64,000 nt of DNA. Source: Carcharhinus amblyrhynchos. Lineage: Eukaryota. The notes beneath the pieces are model-generated. The model was not told where the DNA came from. It did no database searches and worked only from the letters and a program-made list of their open reading frames with translations. The stretch lies in assembly GCA_965287045.1 (NCBI GenBank), contig OZ336879.1, forward strand, positions 89,528,001 through 89,592,000. Reading direction: 5' to 3'. The translations under genes were made by a program, and so were the position numbers. Positions 1-12,439 of the stretch are shown here, in pieces (position 1 is the first letter of the stretch; every line of letters starts with the position of its first letter).

Positions 1-489
1 GAGCCAGTGCAGACATGATGGGCTGAATGGCTTCTTACTGCACCACAACAATTCTGTGATTCTGTAAAGCGATCGCATTTTTAAAACGTTGTTCAAAGTT
101 ATATTGAGATGAAGGAATTTATTTTGCTCAGAGTAGGTTCAGTTTGTTGGAATACTTAGAAAATAGGGAATTAAACTTTAATACGAACAAAGTTACTGTT
201 GTCAGTGGAATTGAATATACAAACCTTCTGGCTTTCTTTCTGAGAATGGTTTGCTCTAATATGTTGTGGAGGAGTTGTTAATGCTGGAAACAGCCTTCGC
301 TCTGTGACCTGCTGTTTTCTGTTGATTATAGCCCTTCCTTAGAGCCTTTCCTGGTGCTTTATTGGGTGGGAATGCTGCCCAGTATGACTTATCGGATGGG
401 ATTTTACTGCCTCACTCATCCCAAAACCATGAAATACTACCCAAGTCAACAGATCTTTCCATTGTCCACCCCTCGCCCACTCCGAGTCC

Positions 490-720
490 ATCACACAGAG
501 GGTGGTGAGTGTCTGGAACGAGCTGCCAGAGGTTCTAGTAGAGTCAGATATAATTTTGTCTTTTAGAAAACGTTTAGACAGTTACATGGGTAAGATGGGT
601 ATAGAGGGATATGGGCCAAATGTGGGCAATTAGGACCAGTCTTGTAGTAAAAACTGGGCAGCATTGACACGTTGGGCTGAATGGCCTCTTTCCATGCTGT
701 AAACCTCTATGACTGTATGA
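490..720 (+). mobile_element. CR1 (HER1-like) LINE 3' end; similar tails at 1325-1520 (+), 10030-10535 (-), 16455-16820 (-), 17770-18240 (-), 36030-36422 (-), 62035-62330 (-)
   Basis: Residual frame reading TQRVVSVWNELP and 3' UTR gggc(c/t)gaa(t/g)ggcct...gctgta. Confidence 0.75.
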
Positions 721-1066
721 CTCAAACCTGCCTCCCATCCATTGACTCTGTCTTCGCTTCCCGCTGCCTCAGAAAAGCAGCCAGCATAATCAAGGACCCC
801 ATGCATCCTGGATATTCCCTCTTCCACCTTCTTCCGTCAGGAAAAAGGTACAACAAACTGACTCAAAAACAGCCAGACTTTTGAATGGACTTGCCTTGCA
901 TTAAGTTGATCTTTCTCTATACCCTGGCTATGACTGTAACACAACATTCTGCACCATCTCCTTTCCTTATCTATGTACAGTATGCTTTGTCTATATAGCG
1001 TGCAAGAACAAATACTTTTCATGTATACTAATACTTGTAAAAATAATGAATCAAATCAAATCAAAT
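720..1066 (+). mobile_element. Rex1/Babar LINE 3' end
   Basis: Peptide TCLPSIDSVFASRCLRKAASIIKDPMHPGYSLFHLLPSGKRY, typical of the Rex1 ORF C-terminus; (AATCA)n tail. Confidence 0.8.
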
Positions 1067-2048
1067 GAAATTCTGGCCATCCTCTTTGAATCCCCTGGAG
1101 TTGCCACACTCCCTCCTAAGAATGGTTCCAGCAACTGGAAGGCCATTCTCCGATAGCTCAGAGCAGTGCGGTGGATCGAAAAGGTTCATTCTGAGAGCAT
1201 GTCACCCAGCTGCTGTGTTCTGTCAGTTAAGTTATCCCAACAGCAATTCAGGGCAAACAGAAGCAGAGTCATTTTTATTTTCTTTTTTATTGGTGGATTT
1301 CTCATTCATCAGCTCTGAAGAAGGGTCAAATTGGAGATGGTGGAAGCAGATACGATAGTGACTTTTAAGGGGCGTCTTGACAAATATATGAATAGGATGG
1401 GAATAGAGGGATATTGTCCCTGGAAGGGTAGAGGGTTTTAGTTCAGTCGGGCAACATGGTTGGTGCAGGTTTGGAGGGCTGAAGGGCCTGTTCGTATGCT
1501 GGAATTTTCTTTGCTCTTGGACTCGAAACTCTGGTCTGAAATTTCCCGCCTTTCCTGCCGCAGGAATTGTAGCAGGTGGGACAGGAAATTTGGCGGACGA
1601 TTGAAAGTTCCGTTGAGCTTGGCAGGAATTTCCGGTCTGGGGGAATGCATGGCTGGAGAATCCCGCTCTCTTTCTCTGTCTCCACGGTAGAATTTTTCCA
1701 AGGCTTTTATTTCAGATCTGCAGCATTTTACTTCTATTCTCATGTTTAAACAAAGAACAGTACAGCGCAGGAACAGTTCCTTCGGCCCCTCCAAGCCTGT
1801 GCCAACCACATTGCCCTTTCTAGACGGATGCTGCCCTTATATTCCAGTATTTGCCTTACCGATAGGGAATTTTGCGAGCTTCTTACAATATTTTGATTTC
1901 CAGCACATAAAAATGGCACTGCTTTAAACCCCCGAATGTCCAAATGTGTTCAGGCAAAGGGAGTTGAACGTAATGTTTTCACTCAGCTGTAACTGTTTAG
2001 AGACACGAAACATGGTTAGCCTTAGTACTCCAGTGTTGAATTCCCATA

Positions 2049-2188
2049 NNNNNNNNNNNNNNNNNNNNNNNNNNNNNNNNNNNNNNNNNNNNNNNNNNNN
2101 NNNNNNNNNNNNNNNNNNNNNNNNNNNNNNNNNNNNNNNNNNNNNNNNNNNNNNNNNNNNNNNNNNNNNNNNNNNNNNNNNNNNNNNN
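2049..2188. other. Assembly gap (140 N)
   Basis: Run of n. Confidence 1.
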
Positions 2189-2277
2189 CAAATGATCTCA
2201 GTACAACGTTGTTGACTCTTTGGGTAGCTACAGCATCTGGTCTCTGGTACAGCGGTCTTGTTTGTTTCCCCTTGCAG

Positions 2278-2416
2278 TGCCTACAAGAGTATCTTGGGAA
2301 TCAGGGCACTGTCACATGACAGCATCTTCATCCCAGACACATCTGTGCAACAGCCTGCCAAACCCGTGCGAGTGTTTTCTCAGGAGACTGTATCAGAGCC
2401 TATCAAAGCTTTACAG
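2278..2416 (+). CDS. CRACDL: CRACDL coding exon A: AYKSILGIRALSHDSIFIPDTSVQQPAKPVRVFSQETVSEPIKALQ
   Basis: Acceptor tttccccttgcag|T, donor CAG|gtaatg; 139 nt (1 nt plus 46 codons). The ORF track shows this region only in a different frame. Confidence 0.92.
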
Positions 2417-2689
2417 GTAATGAACAAGTAATATCTGTGTGCAAATGCACTTTATCATCTGGTTCATTAAATGCCATTGAATTTTTTCTTAAAGCATTCG
2501 CGTTTGTGTCCACTGTCTACATTGTGAGTCTGTAGTCAACAAGACCCCTCTCTGGGGGTTGGGACGTCATTTCCTGCCCTTGTCTGATGTCCATGCTCTT
2601 TTCAGCAAGAATTATTGTAGTTTATTGACTGGCGATTAGGAGTCATGCTGTGTTTATTGTGCAGATTACAATGAAAGCCAAACTGCAAC

Positions 2690-2982
2690 AGGGACGGCAC
2701 GGTGGCACAGTGGTTAGCACTGCTGTCTCGCAGCACCAGGGACCCAGGTTTGATTCGCGGCTTGGGTCACTGTCTGTGTTGAGTTTGCATGTTGCCTGCG
2801 TGAGTTTCCTCCGGGTGCTCCAGTTTCCTCCCACAGTCTGAAAGACGTGCTGGTTAGGTGCACTGGTCATGCTAAATTCTCCCTCAGTGTACCCGAACAG
2901 ACGCCGGTGATAAGGGAATTTCACAGTAACTTCATTGCAGTGTTAATGTAAACCTTACCTGGGACTAATCAATAAACTTTAA
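2690..2982 (+). mobile_element. V-SINE (HE1-like), tail type B
   Basis: tRNA-like head ggcacggtggcacagtggttagcactgc, V core gggtttcctccgggtgctccagtttcctcccac, tail tttcacagtaacttcattgcagtgttaatgtaa...aataaacttt. Confidence 0.85.
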
Positions 2983-3837
2983 CAATAGCTCTTTAGCTTG
3001 ATTCGAAGAATGCTGCTAGCACTGCCTGTGCGACAGTTACAATATTACCACGGCGGAGGTGTAACCTGACACTTCTGATAATCCTACCATATTATTTCCC
3101 CATTTACCAGGATCATCATGTTTGAGCATGGCGGGAACTGTAATCCAAGCTGAGGGCAAGCGGGTGCCCCTAACAATGGAGATTGACTCTGACCAGGAGA
3201 CAGCTAGCACGCAATAGTTATACACTGCTGTAATTGCTCTGTCAATATTAATCCTTATCATCACAGACCCAGTTCCCAGTAATGTCATCTTGCTGTATTA
3301 TGTTCAGTTTGCAAACAAAAAAAACCACACAAGGGCTGCCATTATTTAGGTTGGTGGGGGGAGGGGAATAAGAAGAATGCAGAATCTCTTGCCCAACTTG
3401 GAGAAGAGCTGGGACGTCATTCCGATTGCATTATTTAGCATAGCCCTTATTGACAGTTTTCTTTCGACATAATTTCCCAGTGCGTCTACCTTACAAACCA
3501 CTTGCCTCCTGACAGTTCTCCTGGGACCAGGCTTATTGACAGAGGTAGGAGCTCACCTTGCCAGGCCCCTGTGGCTGAGACAGTGCCCAGAAGATTATTT
3601 AGGACTCAGACGACAGGATGAAGCGGGACGCGAGGGGTCATGGAATGAAAGAAATCTGAATTTTGACAAGCAACGGAACAAATACATTCATGTGTTTATA
3701 AAAACGTTGTGGGTATAATGGATGGCAGTCTGAAAATGAGTATTACCATAGACCAAATGGCCCCTCCCTCCTCAACCCTGTCCCCCCCCAACACTACCAG
3801 ATCAAGCAGCAGTGAAGTTGAGTAAACCCATGGATTC

Positions 3838-4135
3838 ATAGAATCATAGATTCCCTACAGTACAGAAGGAGGCCATTGAGCCCATCGAGTCTGCACCAAT
3901 CACATTCCAGCCTATTCCCATAACCCTGCATATTTACCCTGCTAATCCCCCTGACACTAAGGTCAATTTAGCAATCCGCACATCTTTAGGATTGTGGGCA
4001 GAAACCAAAGTACCCGGAGGAAACCCACGCAGACACAGAAAGAATGTTCACACTCCACACAGACAGTGACCCAAGGCCGGTATTGAACCCAGTTCCCTGG
4101 CACGGTGAGGCAGCGGTGCTAACTACTGTGCCATC
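3838..4135 (-). mobile_element. V-SINE (HE1-like), tail type A (CR1-like)
   Basis: Reverse complement of head and V core; tail ends in (gattctat)n. Confidence 0.85.
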
Positions 4136-4254
4136 CTTAATTATTCTTAATAATAACACCACCTAAGTATCACCAGGTACCTAGGAATGAAACAAACCAC
4201 ACTTTCCCATGCAACCAAAACAAAATATCACAGTTTATTCTCTGATTTCAGCTT

Positions 4255-4475
4255 CTCTTTATTCTCTCTATGGACTGCCATCAGCAGCCTTCCCCCTGGT
4301 TTTTGTGGCAATGACTCATCTTTCATTCCCTCACCCTGCAGCATAAATATCTCCCACTTTCTGTGCCTTTTAGTTTTGACATAAGGTCACCCGGACTCGG
4401 AACCTGAGCTCTTTTCTCTCCTTACAGATGCTGCCAGACCTGCTGAGATTTTCCAGCATTCTCTCTTTTGGTTTA
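4255..4475 (+). mobile_element. Second Penelope-like 3' terminal repeat family (related pieces at 9470-9825, 35240-35425, 39000-39060, 60800-60880)
   Basis: Shared tail ctctctccacagatgctgccagacctgctgagattttccagcatt, preceded by a decayed (c/t)tga(c/t)(g/a)a-agggtc...gactc-gaaac motif. Confidence 0.5.
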
Positions 4476-4564
4476 AAAAAAATGCATTTGGATTTTGTAG
4501 AGGTGGGGCATCGAATAACATCTGCCGACTTGTCCTTCCACGTCTGTGAAACAAAACTTGCCTT

Positions 4565-4702
4565 TGGAGGGCACTTTTCGTGACCAGTGGGGGCATCAAA
4601 GCAGTTTACAGCCATTGGAGTTGTTTTGAAGCGTAGTTGCCGTTACAGTATAGGAAACCCAGCAGGCAGTATGTGCACAGAAAGATCCCACAAGCAGCCA
4701 TG
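4565..4702 (-). mobile_element. Ancient DeuSINE (SacSINE1/AmnSINE-like) remnant; a related remnant lies at about 21440-21620
   Basis: aaagcagtttacagccattggagttgttttgaagcgtag...gcacagaaagatcccacaagcagc resembles the recalled antisense DeuSINE tail; highly diverged. Confidence 0.4.
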
Positions 4703-5086
4703 GGATGGGGTGGGTGGGATGGGAAGGGTGTTGGTTTCCGCAGTGCAGTCTGTTGTGGAGTGCTGAGTCACAGAAAGCTAATTCAGCAAGTTATGGTCTA
4801 TTTCAGAGGGGTCATGACTGTAAACACTGACAGTTTCACCCTTAAAAACTCTACAGAGCGCTGTGAAGAGTCAAATCAGATACAGAAAAGGAATGGAGAG
4901 AGGGAATGAATGATTGGATTAAAATGGAGGAAAAAGAAGCAGAAAGGACAAGTTTAAAAACAGGCATTTAAATTGTCACTTTTGAAATCTTCAACAACAA
5001 TGAATCCCTGAGGAAATGAGACAATTTCCACAGTTAATTTTCGGTGTTCACTAGGCGGTAGTAATTAATATTTACCACATCATGGC

Positions 5087-5460
5087 GTGGCATGGTGGCA
5101 CCGTGGTTAACATTGCTGTCCAACCGCTCCAGGGACCCAGGTTCAATTCCGGTCTTGGGTGACTGCCTGTGTGGAGTTTGCACGTCCTCCCTGCGTCTGC
5201 ATGGGTTTCCTCCCGCAGTCCAAAGATGTTGAGGTTAGGTGGATTGGCCGTGTTAATTTGCTCCTTAATGTGTAAATTAGATTGATTAGCCATACTAAAT
5301 GCGTGGAGTTACAGGGGAGAGGGCCTGGCTAAGATGGTTTACAGTTGAGAATCAGCTACATTGCTGTGGTTCTGGAGTCACATGTAGGCCAGACCGAGTA
5401 AGGATGGCAGACTCAATGGGCTGAATGACCTCCTTCTGCACTGCAGGGATTCTATGAATA
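5087..5460 (+). mobile_element. V-SINE tail A, with a fragment of SINE family 2 inside the tail
   Basis: Head and core 5087-5340, foreign segment about 5343-5408, tail to gattctatga. Confidence 0.75.
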
Positions 5461-5699
5461 TGAATAAAGAGGTACTTAAACTTGAAATGATGAGACTTGC
5501 TGTGGGAACTGCTGCAACTTTGCTGAAAGCAAGATTGAGGGTGGCAGCAAGATTGCCCTTTCACAGAGTGAATGGCGGAGCAGTGCATCTCGTACAGCAA
5601 GTGTCGGATCTTCACCTTGTTCTGTCTCTCATCTGAAGTTGTTGTAGCATATGTACCTCAATAAGAGTGAGCAGCATTAGCCTCACCATTACTTTGAGA

Positions 5700-6046
5700 G
5701 CAATGGTCTAGTGGTATTATTCCTAGACTATTAATCCAGAAACTCAACTAATGTTCTGGGGATCCAGGTTCGAAACCCACCACAGCAGATGGTGGAATTT
5801 GAATTCAATAAAAAATACCTGGAATTAAGAATCTATTGATGACCATTGTCAATTGTCAGAAAAACCCATCTGGTTCACTCATGTCCTTTAGGGAAGGAAA
5901 TCTGCCATCCTTACCTGGTCTGGCCTACATATGATCCCAAAGCCACAGCAATGTGGTTGACTTTCAACTGTCGTCAGGCAACTAGGGATGGGCAATAAAT
6001 GCTGGCCAGCCAGTGACGCCCATGTCCCATGAACGAATTTAAAAAA
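5700..6046 (+). mobile_element. Second tRNA-headed SINE family ('family 2'); other copies at 19432-19786 (+), 23745-24062 (-), 24795-25278 (-), 43055-43423 (-)
   Basis: A/B-box-like head tggtctagtggt...ggttcgaaacc, body aaacccatctggttcact...gggaaggaaatctgcc, tail gggcaataaatgctggcc...gcccatgtcccatgaa plus A run. Confidence 0.75.
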
Positions 6047-6641
6047 GTTATCTCTAACTAGTATACAATGTTACTCGATTCCATATTTCACAATATTACA
6101 TAAGACTCATCTTGATGTATCCATATTAGCAGAACGTTAAACAGAGACTGGCTGACCCTCAGTGATTGTATTGTTAAATTGCTGAGCCAATGTATCTGAA
6201 TCTACCTTGTTCAGGCTGTTAATGTTATTTCCCCCCAGTATCCAATCTGCAGTTACTCAAAGTGCAGTAGAAAATGCAACTGCACAGCTTGTGATTTACC
6301 TTCCATTAGCTGAAGTGATTCCATGCCCGACACCCACTGAAGTCACAATATTTAAAGGGGAATGGACGGCCAAGTTGACAGGGCACCTGTGTGCAGCACT
6401 CAGCAAACAGGAGGATTCATTGTGTAGGAAGCTGTGGTTAGATCAAGAACAAGTTCCAGCGAGCCACTTGCGCGGAGTAATGAACTCAATTTCTCTTTAC
6501 GGAGGTAGGCTCATTATAAATGACAGCTGTTTCTCCTTTCATGATATTGAGAGTGATTCAAGTCTGGAACGGATTTGTTAAGCATGGGCAATAAATTCAG
6601 CTTGTAAGCAATCTCAAACACAGGATGGCAAAGGATATACA

Positions 6642-6767
6642 GGGCAGAATTTTACCGACACGCCTGCCCGAGGCTCATACGATCCCACCCAAGGCCAACG
6701 GAGAATGCCATTCTCCGAGCCTCCCCCGCCCCCAGAATCCGGGCGGACATCCAATAAAATTCTGGCC
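6642..6767. mobile_element. GC-rich MITE (about 125 bp); same family at 24823-24949 and 50432-50534, relatives at 22288-22410, 35598-35725, 49428-49533
   Basis: TIR GGGCAGAATTTTA...TAAAATTCTGGCC with shared internal tgggatcatacgag. The copy in the gag frame shows an apparent 3-bp TSD (AAT), which suggests PIF/Harbinger (inference). Confidence 0.65.
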
Positions 6768-7412
6768 GCAGTGTAGAAAGATGCCACTTGGTCTAACCAG
6801 TCTATTATAAGAGGCCATTGGGGTGAGTGGGGGGCATGGGCTGGCACTGCATTGGAATTGAGGTGATGCAGAATGGTTCACGGGTGGGGTTGTTAAAATC
6901 TGTTGAACTTCTCTTTCAAAAGATCCCTGAGTGCATGGTTCAGGACTTTCTTCAGTCATGGAAAAAGTTGCCTCAATCCATCTAAATAGGGGGGGCTCTG
7001 AGCTGCCTATCTCTTCAGTGGAACTGACCAGGGTGTTGGCTCACTAAATCAAACCCTTATCCGATACTAGTGAAAATTGGGGAGCAGGGAATGGGAGCAG
7101 GAATCCCTGAATCCATCAGTTTTAAAAGGCTTCGGAGCCGTTTTGCCTCTCGGAATATCTAGATCCTGGAGTCTCTGTGACGCATTTGCTCCTTCAATGA
7201 TGTTGGGATGGGGGAGGCCTGTTGAACATCCGGAAAGAATCGATGTGGGCAAGTTCAGAGTTTTCATTTCTCCCCACTTTGTTTTTTATCTAAATTGCTA
7301 TCCAGCTGAAGCAAATGTATGAGGGAGACTGGAAGATGCATCATGTTTGATCCATTTAGAACCAAAGTGATCACAGTCCAGCCGAGCATACCGTTGCAAG
7401 ATGCTACAAGTT

Positions 7413-7716
7413 GGGGCATCATGGTGGTACAATGGTTACCACTGCAGCCTCACAGCGCCAGGGACCCGGGTTCAATTCCGGTCTATCTGCGTGGAGTCAG
7501 GACCTTCTCCCAGTATCTGCGTGGGTTTCCTCTGGGTGTCCCAGTTTCCCCCCACAACCAGGAGATGTTCAGGTTAGGTGGATTGGCCCTGCTAAATTGC
7601 CCTTTAGTGTCAGGGGGATTAGCAGGTTAAATACGTGGGGTTATCAGGATAGGGTCCTGGGTGGGATTATTGCCGGTGCAAACACGATGTGCTGAGTGGC
7701 ACTGTAGAGATTCTAT
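7413..7716 (+). mobile_element. V-SINE, tail A
   Basis: Head, V core and gattctatga end. Confidence 0.8.
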
Positions 7717-8232
7717 GAAATGATGTGAAATGGTTTGTACATTTTCATTCAGAATTCCAAGGACAATGAACCGAGAGGAGTGGAAGCCTGGGTGTCCCAG
7801 TGAGGTTCAAAGGTCTTTCTCATTAATCTTCGTGCCTGCTCTGCAGTCATGTGTATCATGTTTGACATTCGATCAAACCTCCCTCTTGCTCCAACCCACA
7901 TGGGGTGGCCAGTGGGAACTAGCAAAATAGGGCAGTAATTGTCTTTTTAACATCTGTGAACTTTCTTCTACACCTCCACTCATACTCTATTCTTGATCCA
8001 CTGTCACTGAACATAACCGGTGTTAGTGGAAGCTATTCACTCTGAACTGTTTTACCTAATGGCAGCTCTATGATCGATTAGCCTGCACATGCAACTGACT
8101 GTAACTGATTAGAAGATGCTTGTCAGAGTGGTGAAGCGTACAGCAATTGACCTGTCCGTGTTCTCACTGATAATCCAACATTTAATTCCTGAGAAAAAAA
8201 TCCATACGGATTCCTTTTTCTATTTATTACAG

Positions 8233-8394
8233 CTAAAGGTACAAGAAAACATTAAACTGGGACCGCCTCCCATGTCGATTCCGGCTAAGAAGACGGAGGA
8301 TGCCAGCGCTAGCTCTGAAGATGATGGATTACCACGGAGTCCTCCAGAAAGCTCGCCTCTCCATGAAGCCTTAACGCGCAGCTATTTAGCCAAG
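8233..8394 (+). CDS. CRACDL: CRACDL coding exon B: LKVQENIKLGPPPMSIPAKKTEDASASSEDDGLPRSPPESSPLHEALTRSYLAK
   Basis: Acceptor ttattacag|CTA, donor AAG|gtaaga; 162 nt, phase 0-0; continues exon A as ...IKALQ-LKVQ... Confidence 0.93.
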
Positions 8395-11294
8395 GTAAGA
8401 GCTCTCATTGTCAGATAGCAGACATCATTGTCATTGCAATAGACTGACAATTCGGCTGTCACCCTGGGTGGAATGTTCCGGGCCCGCTGTGGACTGGGAA
8501 GCTTGGTGAGTGGTGTGATGGTGGGCGGGGTGGGGGGGGCACTTAATTTAGTGTGAGACCAAAATTCGGTAACCTGCCAGTGGGATGAACTTTAGCAGTT
8601 ATGTTCTCAGTGCATTAGAAGTGGGTTAACAATGTTGGGAAACCCTTTTATAGGCGTTGCATTAAACAGCCAGCTTATTGAAATTAGACTCCCATTCCAC
8701 ATTAGGCACCCCCTAATGAATTGTATTGATTTATTATTGTCACATGTATTGGGATACATTGAAAAGTATTGTTTCTTGCACACTATACAGACAAAGCATA
8801 CCATTCATAGAGTACATGGGGGAGATGGAAAGGAGAGGGTACAGAATATAGTGTTACAGTCATAGTGAGGGTGTAAAGAAAGATCAGCTTAATATTGGGT
8901 AGATCTGTCTGGTGGCAGCAGGGAAGAAGCTGCTCTCGAGTTGGTATTAGAATGCTGCCATTTCATCTGCACCTGACAGGGTAGAATGTTCCCACGGTTA
9001 TTGGTGAGTTGCCTTTGCTCTGTCTCTCTGAGGAGTGTCTGTAAATGACAACCTCTGCTTGAGATGGGGTGGTGACAGTGCACGTTGTGTAGAAGATGAC
9101 CAATGAAGGGTGGGGGAGCGGCAGCGAGGAAGGTTGGAGCAGTGGCTGGACAAATGGGGAAGGGACAGTGCAGACTTTCGAAGCCCTCTGCAGTTACGGT
9201 GCCCGGACCCCGTGTGGTAACGGCGGGGACAGTCACTTCCTGCCTGTCTCAGCCGTGAGAATTGACTAATCCCTCTTGGGTGCATGCTTCATGAGCTGAA
9301 CAGTGCAGCATTGTGCAATGTGAGCCTCACCTCCACCCCCACCGCCCCCCCCTCCCCCCACCTCCCCACCACCACCACCATCAGACTCCTACTTCTGCAC
9401 CCACCATTGAACTTTGACTCCAGGAAGGAAGACTCCGGCGTTCCCTGTGGGTAACAAAGCTTTCAGGAAGTGCAAACAGAAAATGCTGGAAAATCCCATT
9501 CACAGAGTACATGGGAGAGATGGAAAGGAGAGGGGACGGAATATAGTGTTACAGTCACAGCGAGGGTGTACAGAAAGATCAGCTTAATATTGGGTAGATC
9601 TGTCTGGTGCCAGCAGGGAAGAAGCTGCTCTCCAGTTGGTATTAGAATGCTGACATTTCATCTGCACCTGAATGTTCCCAGCATCTATGGAGAGAGAAAC
9701 AGAGTCAGCGCTTGGAGTCTGGGTGACCCTTTGTCAGATGGTCTGATGGATGCTGTCAGACCTGTTGCGATTTTCCAGCATTTTCAGTTTTTGTTTCAGA
9801 TTCCAGCATCTGCAGCATTTTGTCGTCATTCCTAGAAGTGCAGCTCAGTAGATCAGGGGCAGGATACGTCCCAAAGGACCAGGTCATGGAATCATCCCTC
9901 CTATTAACCGGGAGAGATGGAGTGGTGCATCTATGAAACTCAACCCAAGCAGGGAGTCGTTGGGGGGTCATTTTAATTTTAGATGACAGTGTGAACTATC
10001 CGAATTCTGACCAACCACACATTGTAAAGAACAAAAAACAGCACAGCACAGGAACAGGCCCTTCAGCCCTCCAAGCCTATGCCAATCACATTTACCTATC
10101 TAAACCAACTGCTAATATCCCTCTAATCCCCATTTGTTCATATGTCTATCAAGATAAGTTTTAAATGTGGCTAACGTAACCTCCTTAATCACCTCACTTG
10201 ACAGTGCGTTCCAGGCCCCCGCCACCCTCTCCACTGAACCTTTCCTCCTTATCTTGAACCTCTGCCCACCTTGTAATTGTCATTTCTGATTGAAAAAAGT
10301 TTCCAATCGTTCATTTTTTCCTATACCTCTCATAATTTTATAAACTTTTGTAAGGTCTCCCCCTCAGCCTCCATCTTTCCAGGGAGAACAATCCCAGTTT
10401 ATTCAATCTCCCTTCATAGCTCATACCCTCCATAGCAGGCAACATCCTGGTAAACCTGTTTTTGCACTCTCTCCAAAGCCTCCACTTCCTTCTGGTAGTG
10501 TCGTGACCAGAATTGGACACAGTATTCCAAATTATATTCACTTATGAATATGAGGACAGTTATAAAACTGGACAGCTGATCTGATCACCCCCGTTTTTCT
10601 GTATTGTCCAAAGTCAAAGTGCTTTGAGGAAAGGACAGGCAGCGAGGGGAGAAAATCAGAGCGTTTGTCTGAAAAAACAGATTAAGACAAATCTTAGACA
10701 GTTAATACAAAATGCCAGAGGATGGCATACTCTGGAGACCCCTGAACCTCAATGTGAAAAGAAAAATTCACAACCTGTCCATTTCAAAAAGTGAAATGAC
10801 AGATTTGGATAAAAACCTTTCATGCTAACAGAAGGAATCGATTTGCATCATTAACTTGTCTCTTCTCTTGTCAGCTACTGACAGCCGCTTTGCATTTTCT
10901 TTTTTTCATGAGAATATAACTAACAGGCTGGATGCGCGTATGGAGGCAGAGAGTTACTGAGCACCATATTATTGAGTTGTTCAATATTTACTTACTACAA
11001 CACACTTGAACTCATCAATTCTCATTAATTCCCATCCAGCCAAGAGGTTGTGTGCTCCCACATCCTGTCTTTTATTTAATTACATCTCATTTTCAATGAC
11101 TTACTGCTTTGCTCTGAAATTGTCTTCAGACACACATCGCTCTCAGTCTTGTTCCAGTTTCCATAAAAGAGAACCAAACCTTCCTAGCCATTAGCTGTTA
11201 ATATCGATTTATTAAGTTGCATACATAAGATGCAGGTGACTGATACCAGACAGCACTGATGTGCTTTGTCAGGAAATGACAGGCATACAGGTTT

Positions 11295-11940
11295 TTTGAT
11301 TTGATTTGATTTATTATTGTCACATGTATTGGCAAACATTGAGAAGTATTGTTTCTTACACTCCATAGAGACAAAGCAAACTATTCAGAGTACATAGGGG
11401 AGAAGGAAAGGAGAGCGTGTAGAATATAGTGTCACAGTCATAGCTAGGGTGTAAAGAAAGATCAGCTTTTGAATGGTAGGTCCATTCAAAAGACTGATGG
11501 CAACAGGGTAGAAGTTGTTCTTGAGTAAGTTGGTTCATGATCTCAGACTTCTGTATCTTTTTCCCACTGGAAGAAGGCAGAAGAGAGTATGCTTGGGCTG
11601 TGTGGGATCCTTGAGTATACTGGCTGCTCTTCTGAGGCAGCAGGAAGTGTAGACAGAGTCAATAGATAAGAGGTTGGTTTGCGTAATAGATTAGGCTACA
11701 TTCACAACCTTTTGTAGTTTCTTGCGGTCTTGGGCAGGGCAGGAGCCATACTAAGCTGTGATACAACCAGAAAGAATGCCTTCTATGGTGCATCTGTAAA
11801 AATTGGCGAGTATCATAGCAGATGTGTCGAATTTCCTTAACATCCTGAGAATGTAGAGGTGTTGGTGGGCTTTCCTAACTATAGCATCAGTGTGGAGTGA
11901 CCAGGGCAGGTTGTTGGTGATCTGGACGCCGGAAAACTAG
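11295..11940 (-). mobile_element. Rex1/Babar LINE 3' end; further minus-strand copies at 8720-8947, 16145-16380, 46300-46888, 50617-51346
   Basis: Begins (ttgat)n-ttattattgtcacatgtatt; reverse complement of the 720-1066 family. Confidence 0.8.
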
Positions 11941-11945
11941 AAGCA

Positions 11946-12383
11946 CCATTATCTGAAACCCTTGGGGCCGATCACATTTCCGATTTCAGATCATTTTGGT
12001 TTTCGGATATCGCATATAGTCTGGGCCCACTTACACTGCAATAGCCTAAACATAGACTAAAGTAAGTGAAATGACTAGAAAAGTCAGAGGTACCACTGAA
12101 CAATAAATGCAGGGTACCTGTAATAGGTTCTCACTCATGGCACTATCTGCAGTTCTGTTTGGAGAGGGTTCAGAGTGTCAATGTGCAAACAGCTAGATGT
12201 CCTGCTAAAGTTGGGGTGCGGTCGGTAAGATTTGTATTGGCTCAGCTCAGGGTTAAAAGCGGGCTATAGTCAGTGAGGCTCATGTCGGTTTGGGTTAGGG
12301 ATTTCCCGTGTTAAAGGCCAGTGCGGTTGATAAAACTCCTGTGGTTTTTGATGTGTTGGTTTCCAGATTTATGGATAAAGGGT
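11946..12383. mobile_element. Possible Tigger/pogo-type non-autonomous DNA element
   Basis: Ends ccattatctgaaa... and ...tttatggataaaggg are imperfectly inverted; the left end resembles recalled Tigger4/MER46 termini. Confidence 0.35.
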
Positions 12384-12439
12384 AATCTAGCTTCACTTTC
12401 ATCACTGAATGGATTTAACACAGCTCTGCAGGAGGGTGT

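Noticed and set aside
1-2277. Upstream CRACDL coding exon (lysine-rich N-terminal segment) and promoter
   Set aside because: No matching peptide or paired splice sites found. It probably lies before the window, although the 140-N gap cannot be inspected.
2690-2770. SINE heads as tRNA genes
   Set aside because: They have A/B boxes but no closing acceptor stem, and run straight into the V core; only 13664-13736 forms a full cloverleaf.
9330-9380. C-rich tract (G-quadruplex potential on the minus strand)
   Set aside because: Such runs recur through the window (for example 27880, 28730, 49980) with no functional context.
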